DNA of 64,000 nt from Patellaria atrata CBS 101060 (lineage: Eukaryota). The translations under genes and the position numbers were made by a program. Under the pieces are notes generated by a model that saw nothing but the letters and a program-made list of their open reading frames with translations, searched no databases and was not told the DNA's origin. Positions 24,829 to 37,978 of this stretch are shown one piece after another (the stretch's first letter is position 1; each line of letters begins with the position of its first letter). The stretch lies in assembly GCA_010093705.1 (NCBI GenBank), contig MU006102.1, positions 128,123 to 192,122 of the forward strand, given 5' to 3'.

Positions 24829-25917
24829 TCAAGTAGTCTCTGCAAGTCTCTGCCTCGTTTTCTGACGTTTGGCTTCCTTAACAGCTTTTCGGGCTTGGTT
24901 GTAACTAGGTGCTTGACCCCTCTCCTCCGCCTTCTTCTTCTCGAGCGCTTCTTCAGTCACCTCGTCCAGCACAAACCGTCCGAAGTGTCCCGTGCGCCAC
25001 CTTTGGATAATCCACAACGCCGAAGCCTCGGTATCAGGTACACCACCCTTCTTTAGACGTCCTGTCTTATGGGCCACAGCTTCAAGTAAGATGGAAATAT
25101 CATTGGTAGGATTGTGATATTCTGAGTATAAAGAAGGTTTGACCTTGTTTAGGTGATATAGCAGATAGTCCGCTAGGGTTTCAGGGGCGATTATTGTGTC
25201 CTTAACACTTCCGACTAAAGCAAGTCGTAACATCGCCTCGGAATCAGGCACGTAAGGAACAAAAACGCCAGGGGTATCGACTAGATACACTCCTTCACCG
25301 TCGCCTTCTCCTTCCGCAATCTTCACTCCGGTTCCGATCTTGCGAGTTATGCCTGGTTGAGCTCCAGTATATGCTGCTTTACCCTTTTTTACACCCAATC
25401 TACGAAGAGAATTTAGAAGAGTAGACTTTCCGACGTTGGGCATCCCGACAACAAGAATCCGGCTGCCAGTCAAAGAAGATACTCTTGATTCGTCGGAGGT
25501 GAGGAACTGGAGGATCTGAAAGGTTGAGGCTTTGGATGAAGCGGACGAGAAAAGAACCGGGGATGGGGAGTGCCATTGGCGGATAATATCCTCTCTCTAG
25601 AGTAAACCAGAATTTAGCTAGCATATCAATAGTATTCACAGGTGAGCTCTTACTTTGATATCCGTGGGTTTCCCTAGACTTCCAAGATCCTGTTTCGTGT
25701 AAACCAGTAGTCGAGGTCGTCCTGCCAGACTTTCTTCAAACATTGGATTCCTGGAAGTCAATGGAACACGGTAATCACGACATTCAACCACAAGATCGAT
25801 TGATGAGAGCAATGTCTTCATCTTTGAGAGACCAGCGCGGTGATGCCCCAGAAAGTAAGAGCGCGGAAGGGAATCAAGAGTCGGAAAAACTGCTCGAGGA
25901 ACAAAAGAGGAGGCCAT
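24829..25917 (-). CDS. MTG1: Mitochondrial circularly permuted GTPase Mtg1, 2 exons
   Basis: SYFLGHH, ECRDYRVPLTSRNP, TKQD (G4), GMPNVGKSTLLN (G1), PGITR, DTPG; intron gtaaga..tag at about 25653-25597. Confidence 0.92.
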
Positions 25918-26283
25918 GAGAGATATATCTGGATCTTCGGATTCATGTTGGAATGAACAATTGGAGAAATATCTAAAGGTCCCGTCTGAGGTGCCAGAGA
26001 CGGGAATGGGTGAGGTCGAAAATTTGGCTTAGTCATTGAGAGCTGAGGCCACTTTGTTCAAGGATACCTTTAGCAGATCGCATCGTCAACTTTTCAAGAC
26101 ACCAAGGTACATTACATGATTCAGGATGCTCTTATAGAACAATTCCCTGCTATAAATTGCAATTGCATAGACACGATAAGAATTATGCTTTTCCTTCTAA
26201 GATGAATCACTTCGTCCTAAAACTCTATCAATACTCCTCCTGAATCTGATATTGGCTTCCATCTGAAGCTCCCCAACGCTAAC

Positions 26284-27626
26284 ATGTGGGACGGGCTTTT
26301 TATGCTACTCAGTTTGAGCGCTATAATGGCCGCAGCGTTCGTGATAGCCTCAATATAACTTCCCTGCGACTCTAATTTATAAGACTAACCATCTAAATAG
26401 CTCATTCTTCGCCGGATCCCTCCCTCTGTCATTCTCCCTGTCCCCGAGACAACTACGCTTTATCTCCGCCTTAGGAACCGGTGTATTAGTTGGAACATCT
26501 CTTATAGTGATTATCCCAGAAGGTGTGGAGACGCTGTACGGAAGCTCCAGCTCGGAACCTCACTCCCATGTGAAAAGAAGCATGATAGCAAGAGCTCCAG
26601 TGGAAACCGTACATCAGCCTACCTGGACCATACCATGGACCTTCCACGAGAACACGATCGTGCCTCACCACATAGACACCCTTGAGAACTCTAATAACCC
26701 CGTTTTAGATCTCCGAGCCGAAGACAACACCGACAAGAACCACCAAGAAGACGCGCATTCTCACCCTACCGAGTCCTCTCCCTCCAAGGAGCATGATCAC
26801 GAGCATTCCCGCTCCCCCCACGCTTATGTTGGCATCTCCCTTATCCTTGGCTTCATCCTCATGTACCTTATCGACGTGATTCCGTCTCTAAACCCCCCTC
26901 CCTCCTCCGCACCCCTCCACATTTCCCTCTCCAACCTCTCACAAGGCTTGCACCGGGCCTCCTCTACATCACCTCCATCCTCTCCCTTCGCTTCGTCTTC
27001 TCCTCAAGCTCCAGTTCCCTCCAATCCCCACGCTAAGACAACGACAGTCGGTCTTGTGATCCATTCCCTCGCTGACGGCATCGCCCTCGGTGCTTCTAGC
27101 ACCACCGCAGCGTCGAACCTCTCTTTCATCATTTTTCTAGCGATCATGCTTCATAAGGCGCCAGCTGCCTTCGGGCTCACGTCCGTACTACTGAAGCAGG
27201 GGCTCCCAAAGCGGGCGGCGCGGGCGCATCTGCTCGTCTTCAGCGTTGCGGCACCAGCCGGTGCGCTAGCGACGTGGGCGGTCGTGCATGCTTTAGGGAG
27301 GGAGATTATGGGAGGAGAGGAGGGAACTGGGTTTGCGACGGGGGTTGTGTTGCTTTTTAGTGGGGGAACATTCTTGTGAGTTTGAGAGCTTCACTCTAGA
27401 AGTTGGGGGATACATGATTTATTTTCGCTACAGATACGTTGCCATGCACTCAGTTCAAGAAGCAAACTCACACGACCATGAAATGGAAGCCGGATACCAG
27501 GAAATAGACACGTATGGGGGGCAGTCGCGGGCGCCGAAGCAGAAGTCGAAGTCGGGGGCCGAGGTTGGGGTTATGGTTGCTGGAATGTTGTTGCCGCTGT
27601 TAACGCAGGTGGGACATGCGCACTGA
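26284..27626 (+). CDS. ZIP-family metal transporter (ZIP9/Atx2-like), 3 exons
   Basis: MWDGLFMLLSLSAIMAAA / SFFAGSLPL...GVLVGTSLIVIIPEG...His-rich loop...GLVIHSLADGIALG, MLHKAPAAFGL, LFSGGTFL / YVAMH. Confidence 0.88.
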
Positions 27627-29809
27627 GATACTCACCTAAGGGAAAAAATAGTAAAGAAGTTTTCGCGTTGGATGTGTTCGATTTTAGGTTGATATGATTG
27701 GCTTCAAGTGAGGAATGGCAGCTGTAAAAGTGTTTGTACGGTATCTGTTTCAATATGATCTTGAATGGATTTACGCGGCGTGATCTTTTTAAGAGCGAGG
27801 AGGTGTACTTCTTTCATCCGGTCTGTGTTCCTCGTCATTTTCCTGGTCCTATCTACATTTACATGAATCCAGTCTCTTTAAGAGCCAGCAGCAATCATTA
27901 CTAGACACTTCCTGTACATATCCCCGCAACTCTCAAGTCGGGCCTCTACCCGCGTCTCACTTGTCCGTACAGTTCACCTGAAGCTTTCAAAATGGCCCAG
28001 TCTTAATTCTCCACTTGGATGTACGGATACGTCAGGGGTCATCTACCTCCCTAAGCGTACAGTACAAGGACAGAACCCCGGAACATGACAGTAAGGTGAG
28101 CCATATTCGTACGCTATAAGAGCGATCCACCCGTTCTGTCAGTAAGGCTCTTGGATACATGCTGTACGGTACACCGGGGCTGTTGTTGATCAAGTTAGAG
28201 CGTAACCCGAACGCATATTTGCCAAAACATGAAATTTACGGAGGGAACTGAACGAGTAATATAAGTCAGGTGTACGGCTTAACTTGGACGTACAGTTTCA
28301 CTTAAAGAGACGGTACCAAGTCAAATATTCGCACGGGATTAATCTTTAAGTACGCATGTATATTTTTGTTTGTATGTACCAATTTTCTCTACAACTATGC
28401 TTTCTCTTCTAGACGGGAAACTTCATTTCCACCGCATTATAAAAAACATCATATCACACATGAATCTTCGAGATCTTTTATCGAGATCTTAGATGACTAT
28501 ATTACTTCTTCTCCTTACTAACGGTTCAGCAAATGACTAAAAAGAACCACGGTCTTTTGAAGTACTTCCGATATTGTGTGCAAATGAAAAGTTTGTTTCA
28601 CAGTAGTTCTCACTATACAGTAGATCCTAAGATACGGTCAGGTCGTTTTGAGATTAAATTGTACGGGTAGACTTTAAGCAGTGCGGTCAAGTCAGAGAAG
28701 GTTGCAGTGGTGACTCTCCATGTGTACAATTTGTACCGCATACCTCCGCTCCTCGTTCTAGTCAAGTTAAAACCTTTTTTAAAACTATATCTATATTTAA
28801 TGTTTAGACATATCTTCAAGGTGACTCAAAGGGCGGCTGTACAAATATTGGAATAGCCAAAGTCGAGGCATAGATATTCAGGGGTAAATTTGAGCTCTTA
28901 TTCTAGCTGCCTGTATACACAAAATATACCGTATGACTTGTGTCTCCTTAACTACGAGAAAGTCGTACATTCAATCCGAATCAAGTATCAGGGGTGGACT
29001 TTATCATAAATCAAAACATCGTTAGTCAAGACGAAAAATTGTATTCTAACATATATATAGATTATAGTGAGAGTGGGGGAATTTGAAGATACTGTAGGAA
29101 TAACAGGATTGTCTATAGATAGCCTAATATATCTATTTCCCCTGCTTCAGTCAAGAGTATCGGCCATGGCTGTCATTAATACCTCATTTAAACCAACTAT
29201 ACCCGCACTTCCACTTCTTCCCCCTTCTATTAATGAATTTTCAAAGCCTATTGCCCCAGACTAACAGAATCAGGTCCATACTTTGTAAGAATGCAGCATT
29301 TTGACTTTTGAATGAACAATGTCGTCGTCTCAAGTGACAACATACCTTCAAAGCAGAGAAATGGTGATTAATTCTTGTCAAATATGCATACTGATGAAGA
29401 CCCTGCCAGAAATAAGTTAGGGTAGGTTAAGTACAATCTCTAGTATTCAGGGCATAAGTTAGATCACTTGGTCATAGGGAGGGAAAGATTAAGAGGGGAG
29501 GTGTAGTTTTAAGGATGGGGATCCGATGAAATAGGGGTATCAAGCTAAAAGGGGGGGGAGAGTTGTAAGAATCACGATACAGTGCACAGGGGCATCACAG
29601 CAAAGAGAGAGATAATCATCAGGTAAGGGAGTCATCAGCATTTAATATTTTCAGACTGCTACTGTCAGCTGGGGGCCCTGTGGTATAATCTTCATCCCAG
29701 AAGTGAATCCTCCTACTAACTCAGCTGGGGTCCCTGCTCGTCCATCTCATCCTAGAAAAATAAAGTGTCGTTCAATTAAAGTCGAATCTGCCAATCTATA
29801 TCCTCAAAC

Positions 29810-30890
29810 TTAAACCACAGGGGAGTAGCGAGTCCTACACCTCAGGCACCGCTCGTGCCCACAACAAAGCCTGCTACACCGCTCGGGGTTCTTGTCGAAT
29901 GGCTCGAATTGACTCTCAATATGAGTCTCGCAGCCGCACCTACAACATTGGAACCTCGTCCATCCCATCGGGTATTTTTTGTCTCCGTGTTCGAACACGC
30001 CGTCGGGGTACATGTGGTTGACGCGGGTCGGTCTGAAGGGCTCTTCGCCATCGGGAGGGTCGGGGTGTGGGTTCCTGAAAGTCGGAAAGTTGTGCTCCTT
30101 GTGCCATATGAATTCACGGCGGTAGTATGCACGCCAGGCACGCTCTGGTTGGGAGGGGATGCCTACGCCAGGGAAGATAAGGTTAGCAGCGTAAGGAGTC
30201 AAGGGAGTGCAAGTACGTACCAACTTCGAACACGTCATTCATGAAAAGGCCTTGAATGGTGAAAGGGGAGGAACTGGTCTCGGAACGGTCGGGAGTTGGT
30301 TCCCGGGGGAGCTCAAGGTCGAAGGGGGAACCGGGCGAGGGAGAGCGGGACTCGGGAGCGCTCTCTGATGAGGACGAGTCCGGGCGTGGTGGGAGCTCCT
30401 TGTCCAGGTTGTACGCCGTGGTACCGGCTTTCTTGTCCTTCTTCTCGGCAACATTGTCGTTGTCGCCGTGCTCCTCCTTCTTCTCCTTGACGTCATCCTT
30501 CTTCTTCATCTGAATTGATTCGTATGTTAGGACCGGTACAGAGTGCCAGAATAGCGTGCGGGGCGTCATTTGGAGTTGATCGATGAAGGAGGTCGGGGGT
30601 TCGGGACTCGAGGATTCGGGACTTTCATTGACGCGTCCTTGCTCGCGCTCAGTACCAAACCCTTCCGGGCGCGCTTTGCCCTCTTGTTGTAGGTCGTATT
30701 CTTCTCCAAATATGGGACTGCTGCACGCTTCCAACCTGCTGGGTTGGATTGGCTCAGACTCAATTAGGGGTCTGGCCAAATCCATTCCAGATCTTCGTTG
30801 CGTGAGCGTCTTTGGCTCACTCGACCTGAGGTCGGACTCTGACTTGTGCTTCGTAGTACGGGCTCGACTGACCTTGAAGATTTTCTGCAT
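29810..30890 (-). CDS. Orphan protein of about 340 aa with a C-terminal Cys/His cluster, 2 exons (intron 30220-30163)
   Basis: Two ORFs joined in phase by gtacgt..gctaac..tag; TATAAA about 95 nt upstream; ends FQCCRCGC...ERCSRLCCGHERCLRC. Confidence 0.65.
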
Positions 30891-31596
30891 TTTAGCTTTG
30901 TCAGTACTTCAAACTGACAAAGCCCGATTTCTATGGAGAAGAATTAGAAAGAAAGATCGTTCGAGATGCGAGGGAGGCAAAGATTTATAGGCGATGGCAG
31001 GCAACGTCCGTTTGTTGACGCTAGCGCGGTTGGCCTTCTTGCAGGAAATTTGCACCTGATCAAAATAAGGTGAAGGTGAAAGTGAAAGGAAGGATCTGGG
31101 CCGGTTGATTGAAGTCACGGATGTGTGAGGGAGATATGTGAAGGTATTTACATAGACGTATGGATGTCACATGTCGAAAACGGTGACAGCTAACCTACGT
31201 ATATTCCCAATGACAATAATGAAGTGTAAACGAACGTATTGAGAAATAAGTAAAACTATTCACAAATGGTTAAGGCCTTATGTGAATCGGACAATAATAT
31301 GAAATTCGAAAATTGAATTAAGCTTTTTACTACCTTTATCATTTTGATACATATGGGTAGTTAGGCGGATACTGCCAGATCCCAAGGGATGAGGCATACT
31401 AAGTGACATTGCACCAATGGTCATAAGTTAACACAGTAAAGAAATTGCCCTCATTACTCCTCGATCCCCAGAGCACCCCTGAACGCCCCACACCGAGAAT
31501 ATGCAATCCGCTCGAATCATTTGGGCGGGGGAAGACATCGAGACTGGGGACGTAGAAGGATAGAGCTGTTTTGCTTGTTCTAGAGTACCGATTAGC

Positions 31597-33729
31597 CTAT
31601 CTTGGTCTTGTGTATTTCCCTTTCCTCATTTCTTCCTTCAGGCTTTCCTGCTGGCTCGGTAAGGGAGCCCTTTTCCTCACTGAACCTCCTGTAGCACCGA
31701 CACCAGTCTGAGTGTCAATGGGTTGTGGTGGTGGAAGGATAGGAAAGCCAGGTAGTGCGCCAGGAGGGGGCGGTGGTGGGAATCCGGGAGGGAGTTGGAA
31801 GCCCGGTGGTGGAGGGAACGGTAGACCTCCCGGTGGAAATGGAAAAGGAGGTGGAACGAATTGTCCATTTGCGCCTGGTGGAGGTAACGGGGGCAATGGT
31901 GGCATCTTTCCTCCAAAGAGTTCGTTGAGCCTGGACATGTCAATGTTTCCAGGAGGCGGAACAGGAGGCATATTTGGGATATGAGGGGGTAAGGGTGGCA
32001 TTGCAGGGGCGGAACCGATTCCAGGTAATTGTGCTCCTACCTCTTTAAGAGCGGTCATTCCAGGAAGACCAGGAAGGATTGGTTGTCGAGAAGGCATCTT
32101 TTGGTCCACGAGGCCTTCAGCTTCATCCTCCGCCTCCTGCTCCTCTTCTTCTCGCATCTGTCTTCTTCCATCGCGTCGATCGTAGGTGCCTTGAGCTTCG
32201 GCCGCTGCTTGGCCGATGTGGTAGCGATCGGTAACGAAATGTGACTCTCCTGGGCGAGGGCGAGTCCAGAAACGAGTTATGCGATCGTTCGAGCCGGAAG
32301 CAAGTATATGGCCTACGGGGTGCCAATTCAACGTCCAGATTGCAAATTCATGTGCGAATGGAACACGATGAGCTGGATAAATGGTCTGTGAGGGTGTATT
32401 TGACGGGTCTGGGCTATCATATGGACAAATAGTCGAAGCGGTACCTGCTGGAGGATTTTCTTCATCTAGCAGATAGTGGAAAAGAGCCCCATCAACACCT
32501 CCAGTAGAGAGAAGGTTACGGTGAATGGGATGCCAAGTGAGAGTGGTAATGTCCTTTTCATGGCCTTTCAATAAGAGCACATCACGCATCATGCGGATGT
32601 CAAATATTCTCGCTGTTTGATCCCTAGCACAAGAAGCCAACATGACACCCTGAGATGGTTCGAAAGAGGTCTTCTGAATGGCATTCTTGTGACCATGTAG
32701 AGTTGTAAGACATCGGCCCGTTCTTGGATCCCACAATTTGATAGAGTGATCTTTTGATCCGGACACTAGTAGACCTTTAGTAGGATGCCAGTCTACAGTT
32801 TTTGCTTCCCAATTATGCCCGGTCATTGTTGAAACCTCGACGCCCTCAGCAAAGTCGAAAATTTTTAGACTAGCATCGTCTGATGCGGTGACAAATTTGG
32901 CATCAGTTGGTGCAAACGCGAGATCTCTGATTGGATCCATATGAGCTTGGATCGCTTTGACGTTGTTGAAGTTTGGCTGCCAATATTTGACTATGCCATC
33001 ATGATCAGCCGATACGAGCCAATCTCCGCTACGAGAATATTCTGCGGCACGAATAGCAGAATCGTGAGCCTTTGAGAAAATAGTCAATATGATTTTAACA
33101 AACCGATTGGACGGAGCTTACCTGCATGATGGTTTCGAAGTTGAAGCCCATGCCATTCCATAGTGTGAACTCTCCGCTCGTAGATCCTGTCAAGAGACGT
33201 CGTCCTTCCGGTGTCCAACGAACAATGTTGATCGGATGTTTAACTTTGTTGAGGGAGGAATGGAGGTGTTTGGCTGGAATAGTGTCAACAGCATTGGTTA
33301 CTCTCGCAGCAGGTGGCAGCATCTGGATTTATAAGTATTAGGAGTTAGAGTATAAAGGGGTTTGGGTACTAACATCAACGATGTAGCTTGCACTTGGTCG
33401 TTCCATTTCCATGTTCATCGCGGCTTTGTATCGTGGGCGTCGATGTCGCATCCATTGCACCATAGTTGAGCCATAGTCGGTGACGGGACCTGGATCGGAT
33501 ATATCCCAGTCAGCACCCCATAGACATTGCCACCATGATAAGGAATTTTCGTCCGTTATAATGATACGTTCACCAAAAGAAAGTTGCTCTTGTGCATAGG
33601 GCGCTTGCAGCATAGAAAGCTTCTTGCACTCGAAGCTACCATTATAATAGAACGTAACAGGGGAATTCACGTACGTCGTGTCTGTCTCCTCGCGCCTCCT
33701 TCAAATCCAGATGGGATATGGTGCTCCAT
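31597..33729 (-). CDS. PFS2: Polyadenylation factor subunit 2 (WDR33 orthologue), WD40 protein, 4 exons
   Basis: [18 protein letters not shown] / RPVTDYG... / [32 protein letters not shown] / AHDSAIR...[26 protein letters not shown]; Pro-rich tail. Confidence 0.93.
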
Positions 33730-34438
33730 CTTGCGCAGCTAGTTCTTGACCTGTTTATGATGTTTCGTGAGCTATCTCTGCGACTCAGGCAGAGTTTAGG
33801 TTCGTAAAGGACGTATCGAGGCGGGCGTCAAATGCCAAGGTAAGGAAATCATACCATGCAGTGACGGATGCTCAAGGTAGAAACATTTTAGCACTGTCGA
33901 GACAATCGAAGTGAGGTGATGTTTCGAAAGAGAGTCGCGATGGAATGAGGTCAGATTAAATGTTGCAGAGACGCGAAGCAAGGGTCCACGTCGGGAAGCT
34001 GTTCAAGCCACAACCTTATTTATTAGCGTGAATAGCCACAGATACGCAAAGCCACACCCCATGCATGGCCGGTTATGTTCCCTCTGATCTGCATGACGCC
34101 CCAACGCTTTTCCTTCCACCAAACTCTCGTTCGTCCGGAATGCTGGAACTTTGGAAGCTCTTAATAAGAGTCCGCCACTACCATGATTCAATCATTTCTG
34201 CTCACCCCAAATATGGATTCTCCTCAATTTCTACAATACTTCATATGCCTCATTCTGGAGCGTTGCAGGCAAACGCGCTTCTTAAGGTCCAGATAACCTG
34301 AATCGCATGTGGAAGGCACCAATTACGTCGTCCTGTACTATTACCAAGTTTTAACATACATCGCTTTACTTCTGTCCTGATAACCCCACCACAACCCATC
34401 CATTGAGCTCTGGAGAGGGGTACTGTATTGTGTAGAGT

Positions 34439-36125
34439 ATGATCAGTATGGGTACTCTTATCGACACAGCTATTACTACGAGCAATGATGTCCCCAATAC
34501 GAGCATTGAGGAGAAGTACGCCCAACATGCAGAGTCTGCGGCACAAAATGGCAGCACCCAGAATGGCAGCACCCAGAAACGCAGCACTCAGAATGGAAGC
34601 GCCCTAAATGGATCATTGAGGGAGATTGAAGAACCAAAATACAGACATGTATTTGCCGTTCATGCAAAGTCGCGCCCTTCAATGCTCAGTAAAGATGCGG
34701 AGAAAACTCCAAGCTTCCTGGGGTTCAGAAACCTCATGGTGCTTGTTCTCGGTAGGTCAGATTTCAGAGCAGAGCAAGACTATCGCAATTGACAGCCCAA
34801 TAGTCGTCTCGAATTTAAGATTGATGATTGAAAACTTTAAGAAGGTATGTTTCAATCTGATGATATCATTTATCCTCTCTGACATTGAACAGTACGGCGT
34901 CCTTATTTGTATTCGATGTCACGATTACCGTCGCGAGGATATCATCTACGGAGCCATCTTATACTTCTCAGTACCATGTCATCTCTTCGCCGCCTACATC
35001 ATCGAACTCGCGGCCGCACAATCAGCCAAAGGAGCCATAGCTCGCATGAAGAAAGCTAGTGACCAAGGTCAAGTTTCATCCTCCAACGAGTTAGAAAGAG
35101 CTCCCCTGAAAACCGCATGGGCTCTCATCGCTCTCGCGCACGGCGTAAATGCAACCCTCAACCTCATTATCGCAACAACAGTAGTATACTACTACATCCA
35201 CCATCCAGGCATCGGCACCCTCTGCGAACTGCATGCCGTAATTGTCTGGCTCAAAACCTGCTCTTACGCCTTCACGAACCGGGACCTCCGCCACGCCCTC
35301 CTTTCCCCTCCCAGATTCGCTCCCCTCCCCTCAATCTACTCCTCCTGCCCTTACCCGCGCAACATCACCCTCCGCAACCTGACCTACTTCTGGTGGGCCC
35401 CCACTCTAGTCTACCAACCCGTCTACCCCCGCACCGACAACATCCGCTGGTCATTCGTGCTCAAGCGCGCTCTGGAAGTGGTAATCCTCAGCATCGCAAT
35501 CTGGATCGCATCCGCCCAATACGCCGCCCCCCTCCTCCTCAACTCCCTCGACTCCTTTAGCACGCTCAACCCCCTCGCAATCCTCGAGCGCCTCATGAAA
35601 CTCTCCACCATCAGCGTCTTCTGCTGGCTCGCCGGCTTCTTCGCCCTCTTCCAGTCCTTCCTCAACATCCTCGCCGAACTCCTCCGCTTCGCCGACAGGG
35701 AGTTCTACGACGATTGGTGGAACTCCACCAGCGTTCGCAGGTACTGGACCACGTGGAATAAACCCGTCAGCCATTTTATGAGACGACATATCTACTCGCC
35801 ACTCGTCTCCCGCGGTGTTCCCCCTTCTCTGGCCCAGATCCTTGTTTTTGTCTTCTCCGGTGTCCTGCATGAGCTCTTGGTCGGTGTGCCTACGCACAAT
35901 GTCATCGGTGTCGCGTTCGCGGGTATGGTGCTGCAGATCCCGCTCATCGCGCTGACGGATGGGATCAGTAAGATTAGAGGCATGGGCGGCAAGGTCGCGG
36001 GGAACGTGGTATTTTGGGTGAGCTTTTGTCTGGTCGGACAGCCCCTTGCCGCTTTGCTGTATTTCTGGGCATGGACGGCTAAGTATGGGAGTGTGAGTAA
36101 GCCGTATCTATGGACTAGGAGATGA
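34439..36125 (+). CDS. MBOAT diacylglycerol O-acyltransferase, DGAT1 type, 3 exons
   Basis: SFLGFRNLMVLVL / VVSNLRLMIENFKK / YGVLIC...FWWAPTLVYQPVYPR...FADREFYDDWWNS...WNKPV...HELLVGVP; start at 34439 or 34448. Confidence 0.9.
34542..34616 (+). repeat. 15-nt coding tandem repeat (about 5 copies) in the DGAT1 N-terminus
   Basis: Encodes AQNGS TQNGS TQKRS TQNGS ALNGS. Confidence 0.8.
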
Positions 36126-36338
36126 GGATCTCCGTAGGGTCCTGGAAGATGGAAATTGTTGGAATAAAAGGGGAGTTTGGATTATGTCCGGTTGGAGTTG
36201 AGGATATCTGGATTTTAATGACTTGGGTTTTAGACTATACCGTAAGGATAGATTTAATGTAATTCCTCACGGGAACAATCGATGGTTTTATATATCCCAT
36301 CACTTCTCCACATCCCCCCAAATCCTCCTACCACCCCC

Positions 36339-37085
36339 CTATCTCCCAACAACACCCAATCCAACCCACCCCGCCATCCCAACCAACACAGCCTCGCACA
36401 CCCAAAACCCACTCCCCATCAGCCTCCCACGTCCATTCGGCTTCTCCGCATCCGTATACCCAATCATATACAGCACCCGGCTCACCAGCCACCCCACACC
36501 CAACGCCGTCGTCGTGAGCGGGTACTGGGTCCCGGCGATCAGCATCGAGACGGAGGTCAAGGTTAGGTTTTCGAGGTAGTTGGAGTGAGCGCGCTGGGCG
36601 CAGTTGAAGAGGTGGAGTTTCTGAGGGTGTCAGTTGGTTTNNNNNNNNNNNNNNNNNNNNNNNNNNNNNNNNNNNNNNNNNNNNNNNNNNNNNNNNNNNN
36701 NNNNNNNNNNNNNNNNNNNNNNNNNNNNNNNNNNNNNNNNGAAGGAAACCAGGAGAAGGAGGGATTTGACACGTGGGAACGGGGGGTTCTACACACCTTC
36801 TTCATGTCCGGGTCCGCTTGGGCGATTTGCTCCGCGCTTGCCATGTAGTTCGGGTACATGACTTTGGCGGCGCGGCGGTAGGGGCCGACGCGGAGGCCGT
36901 GGTAGACGCAGAGGAGGAAGGAGGCGGCTGTTGTCATCACGACGTAGCTGTCGGGTGTGGGTTAGTTTTGGTTTGGCAATGGGATATGGGTTTTGAAGGG
37001 AGTGGGTTGGTGGTGGGGAATGGGTTGGTGGTGGTGAGAGCGCAACGTACCCATATTCCTTGGGGACCTCGATCGTGGTCGTCAT
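36339..37085 (-). CDS. MAPEG-family microsomal glutathione S-transferase 3, 3 exons; assembly gap lies in intron 2
   Basis: MTTTIEVPKEYG / YVVMTTAAS...RRAAKVMYP / KLHLFNCAQRAHSNYLEN...SRVLYMIGY...GR. Confidence 0.9.
36641..36740. other. Assembly gap (100 N)
   Basis: Run of N. Confidence 1.
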
Positions 37086-37978
37086 GTTGAGTTCGTGCTG
37101 GTCGCGCACTGTTGTTGCAAAGCGGTGAATCTGGTGGTCTGAGGCTTCAAGGGGATTCCCAAGGTTGCTGTAGAGAGGGGAGAGAAGCGGAGGGGAAGCT
37201 ACTGTATTTGAATCCCTCGGCGTAGCTCACAGTATTCTGGAAATTACCATCTCTCTTTTGTCCCCCAGACGGGAGACACAACCCAAGCTCCTCCCGTTCA
37301 CCGGTTTGACTTCGTACAGGTCGGATTTATTATGCACACGTCTATACTCGACAGTCAAGTACGAAAATGATGCATACCGGTACATGGGGGCCAAATGCCG
37401 TACAGTATCATATCAGTGCTTGGGATAAGTTCGCTATGGGCTCTCTCCGCAGGTACGGAGCAAATCAGAGCCCCGATTCGTATATCCTCGGATGAAGGTT
37501 GCTCCATTATCCCGGTTTGAGAGCTTTGCTTTGAAATCGCTTTCTACAGCTATCGGACTTGTTTGAAATCAAAGTCACCAGAATCATCGCATTTGAGGTG
37601 CGTGGACGGAGGCCGGATAATTTTCAATGCCAGAATATATGGAGATGAATGGGGATGTCGTCGGGTACTTATATACTTGATCCTCTCGCTGTGCTGACAT
37701 ACATTTTTGGGAAGTGTTGGTGGCCTTATTTTGGTCAAAGGAAAAGCACGACATTAAGCTTGAGTCTGTCGCGAGCTCCGATGTTATCATATCAACCTGG
37801 AAGTAAGGTACGGTGATCCATTGTTGTATTAGTTGTATTGTTGGTAAAAGAATTATTTACAATTGCTGTCATAGCCTCCGTCATCCTAAAGTGAGAACAA
37901 CTGATGGTACTAATGAACGTTAAGATAAACAGAACTGTTCATGGTACGTGTACAAGTAGAAAGTACACTTTTATTACA

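Noticed and set aside
30163..30238. Overlap of two ORFs suggesting a programmed frameshift
   Set aside because: Fully explained by a canonical 58-nt intron in the correct phase
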